A stretch of DNA of 64,000 nt from Antedon mediterranea (lineage: Eukaryota; Animalia; Echinodermata): positions 14,468,101 to 14,532,100 of the forward strand of contig NC_092677.1 in NCBI RefSeq assembly GCF_964355755.1. The letters are read 5' to 3'. Shown here piece after piece: positions 60,875 to 64,000 of the stretch; positions within the stretch are counted from its first letter, which is position 1; each line of letters begins with the position of its first letter. The notes beneath the pieces are model-generated. The model was not told the origin of the DNA, did not search any database, and saw only the letters and a list, made by a program, of their open reading frames with translations. A program made the position numbers and the translations under genes.

Positions 60875-63713
60875 ATGGTTCTGCAAAATAGTGGAAGGTA
60901 CAAATCAGATAATAGTGAAAAAGATAAGAAATATGCTGGACGGTAAGCTGTTGGTATTTATTATTGCTATTAATAGTATTATATTAAATAAATAATTATT
61001 AAATATTATTGTATTTTTTGATTGCTGGGTGGGCCGAAACGTCCTGGCTGGTGGTGGTGGCCTTCCCTGTCCTGATTTAATATTCCTTAATGGGGTATAT
61101 AGGCTGTAGGAGAGATGACCTAGGTTATGCCTACTTTAGCAGGCCTAGGCCTATGGGCGCCGGCCTACTGTATGTATGATCTAGGCCTAGCCGAACTAAT
61201 GTTACTCAACAAAGAATCTTGAATATCTTATTATTAATTAATGAAATGAAGAGCCTGACCTTCTTAATCTTAGTTAGGCTTAGCCCTTAGTAGGCTTACC
61301 TTGTCACAAATTAATGCCTTTTTGGACCTGGTCCAACAAGGTTCTAGGCCCCTAATTTATAATCTAGCCTATTATCCAAATATATTAATTATTGTCTTTA
61401 ATAAGCAAATAAAATTAAATACGATTTGTTTTCTCTAATATAGTCAAGATGATTCTTCAGAGGCACGCCTTCAACGATCTATCGTTAACGATGAAATTGA
61501 TGTCAAATATGGATTTGATCGATATAAAGATCCACAAGAACGAGTCGGTTGGCTCATTAACATGCACCCAGTAAGGAAGAGACAAATATGGTGACAGTTG
61601 TACTGTAGCATGATCCTTGATACTGCAACAGCTTGTCTTTCCACAACTTCTGAAATTAGTAGATGATTGATTGTTAAAGTTGCTGTGATGTTGTTAACAA
61701 ATCAAATCTCCTATTAGTATTATATGACCAAGTGTTGTCCCAGGGGGCCTGAGTACGGACTTTGGTTGGATTGCATAAAAAATGAATTACCAGTCAGTGT
61801 CCGGATTTAGTCTAAATTATAAAGGGCTTGTAGGCTTATATTCAGGTTATAATATATCACCCGAATATCCTATGTATACTTTAGTATGTGGTGCATCAAT
61901 TTGTTGCTTCACTTTTCACCACCATGTAATAATGAATTGACCCCTTTTTTTGCCCAAATTATTTTAAATCTTAAATGGGATAATCAGTCATATACTTTTG
62001 CTGCTTCATTTCTTTGGAACCAACTTTATAAATATGTTAAATCTGCAAATTCATTTAAATCGTCATCATCTGCTCAGACTCTTCACTTTTTATTACATGA
62101 TTTTATTCATGCATTGTTTTCATAACTTTATGATTATTATCATAATTATTAATTTAAATATTTTCCTTGCATCTTTAATCATAGTCAGACATTTTGGATG
62201 AAAACAAGAAACTGATCAGCGCTGTGGATTACTATTTCATTCAGGATGATGGTAGCAGATTTAAGGTAAAGCTCTGTCTACATTATCAAACTTGATGTGA
62301 CAAAAAATATATTAACATGATAATGTCATATCACTACTATATTTAATCATATCACTAAAATATTTAGTCACATCGCATTTTTTTTTCACAGAAAGTTTGA
62401 TAATGTAGACAGAGCTTTTGTTTAGAATAAATTTGTAAATTTCAAAAAAGGACCACTCGAAAAATAAATAGCCAAAGTGAATTGAGAGAATATTCACACA
62501 AAATCCTGTTGAATGAATATGCCACATCTTTGTCTTTAGACCTCCCAACTCTCCTCATAATTGCAGGAATTTCTTGATATTTTGAGTCAGCTTGCTCTCG
62601 CATTTTCCACATCTGAAAACCCCTGACATAGATCAATTACACCTAATATTGTTTTTATAGTGCCTTCTATAATTTGATGTATTTCCCAATGTTTAAAAAT
62701 AACAAGTTGGGTCATCTGCATCCTGTCCCATGCTTCTGATGATTTCATATCACTACTATATTTGGGCATATCATTACCATAATTGGGCACATCACAGACT
62801 AGTTTGATAGTGTAGACAGAGTTTAAACCAAATACTCTTTTATGTATCTACAGGTGTCACTTCCTTTCAAGCCATATTTCTACATTGCCACAAGAAAAGA
62901 TTGTGAGAGGGAGGTGTCGTCGTTTCTCACCAAAAAGTTTGTTGGAACTCTTAGTTCAGTTGAAGGTACAAAGAAGGAAGATTTGGATTTGGTGAGTTAT
63001 GACTAAAAGAAGAATAAGAAGCAATAGGCCATTTTTTCAAGCTTGCTTTATCAAAGATATCCCCCTGCTCTAACACTGTCATAGGTCAATAGTTTGTAAA
63101 AATGTAAAAAAAAAAATAATTTTTGCTTAGTTGCATTTATTTTCCTTATAACCTGTTAATCATCAGTACGTTAATACATATTTTTTTGCAGCCAAATCAT
63201 CTTATTGGTCTAAAGAGATCCTATCTGAAACTGTCTTTCACAACAATGAATGATCTGCAAAAAGTACGAAGAGACATCATGCCGTCGGTACGCAAAAATC
63301 GTGAACGAGAGAAGACGCAGAATGTCTACACCAGTATGTTGACGAGGTGAGTTTTTAAAATGGTCTGAAGCCTCAATCAATCATATTATATAATGCTATG
63401 TGTAGATACATTACAGATAATCGTATTCACCTTCAGTTTTGCTTTTCGCATCTGGACCAGAGATTCCGATGAATGAATGAAAGTCTAATTTTTATTCTTG
63501 CAAATCAGTGCATCAACAAATCGCCAACAGACTTTATTAATCTAAATTTGTTACTGTTTCCCCCCATTGTTAAGCAAACTTACCGGTGAAGAAGACAATT
63601 CTTCTTCATATGCCTCAAAGAAGATATCAAACCAGATGGATAACATTGTTGATATACGTGAATATGACGTGCCTTACCATGTTAGAGTTGCCATTGATAA
63701 AAAGATACATGTG
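60875..63713 (+). CDS. POLE: DNA polymerase epsilon catalytic subunit, first six coding exons (gene continues beyond the window; next acceptor at 63998)
   Basis: Exons 60875-60942 (MVLQNSGRY), 61444-61570 (GWLINMHP), 62185-62265 ([16 protein letters not shown]), 62854-62991 (LPFKPYFYI...KEDLDL), 63192-63346 ([16 protein letters not shown]), 63575-63713 ([18 protein letters not shown]). All are hallmark POLE N-terminal sequences. Confidence 0.96.
62270..62416 (-). mobile_element. PIF/Harbinger-type MITE abutting the donor site after POLE coding exon 3
   Basis: AAG|GTAA-AGCTCTGTCTACATTATCAAAC...TTTGATAATGTAGACAGAGCT. Confidence 0.82.
62746..62823 (-). mobile_element. PIF/Harbinger-type MITE, half copy
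   Basis: CATATCACTACTATATTTGGGCAT...CTAGTTTGATAGTGTAGACAGAG. Confidence 0.75.
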
Positions 63714-64000
63714 GTATGTTCTTTAATCTTATTTTCTTTTGAAAAAAGTAAAAACCTTTCACTCATAAAGAATAGTGTTTCGCCATACTACTTTCTATCA
63801 CCAGTTCCTGTCAGATGACAGACGTTAAGCCTTGTTTGGCCTAGTAGAACGTAGATGGGATTGGAGACCGGGGTGCTAATAGACCTTTCAGAGTGTGATA
63901 TCACACAATTGTAAAGAATCATGCGAGAAGTATGGGTGCTTTTATAAAACTTGGTATATAAAAATTGGATCATCTCTTTGATATTAATTTTTTTTTAGGG

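Noticed and set aside
62267-62826. Single composite transposon bounded by TAA...TAA
   Set aside because: Removing it would leave a ~31-nt intron, implausibly short; two insertions are more likely.
63800-63900. Possible further POLE exon
   Set aside because: No match to the expected next POLE segment (xWY...); looks like a repeat remnant, and a good acceptor lies at 63998.

Overview
AT-rich, intron-rich animal genomic DNA, probably an echinoderm (inferred from the recurrent TAGGCCTA octamer and the repeat landscape; not proven). Hand splicing at GT-AG sites gives six protein-coding loci and one pseudogene. (1) A 15-exon divergent TRPC channel (+, 433-10005) lacking the TRPC His/Cys zinc motif. 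(2) A 3-exon uncharacterised 500-aa gene (+, 18423-24067). (3) A 13-exon, 648-aa secreted mosaic protein (-, 35782-27062): signal peptide, catalytically intact alpha-carbonic anhydrase, Frizzled cysteine-rich domain, FN3 and an unnamed internally repeated Cys/Asp domain. This is the most striking object in the window. (4) A GT92/DUF23 glycosyltransferase (+, 47889-49295) with a disabled tandem paralog (52088-53385). (5) A divergent Abl-interactor (ABI)-like gene with no SH3 domain (-, 59220-54845), hosting an intact U2 snRNA gene in intron 2. (6) The 5' part of POLE (+, from 60875), head-to-head with the ABI-like gene. Repeats include a non-autonomous Helitron, at least 9 copies of a PIF/Harbinger-type MITE, a P-type MITE, DINE-1/HINE-like elements, LINE 3' ends, a tRNA-derived SINE and a 5S rRNA pseudogene. 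All coordinates were read by eye and no database searches were run.
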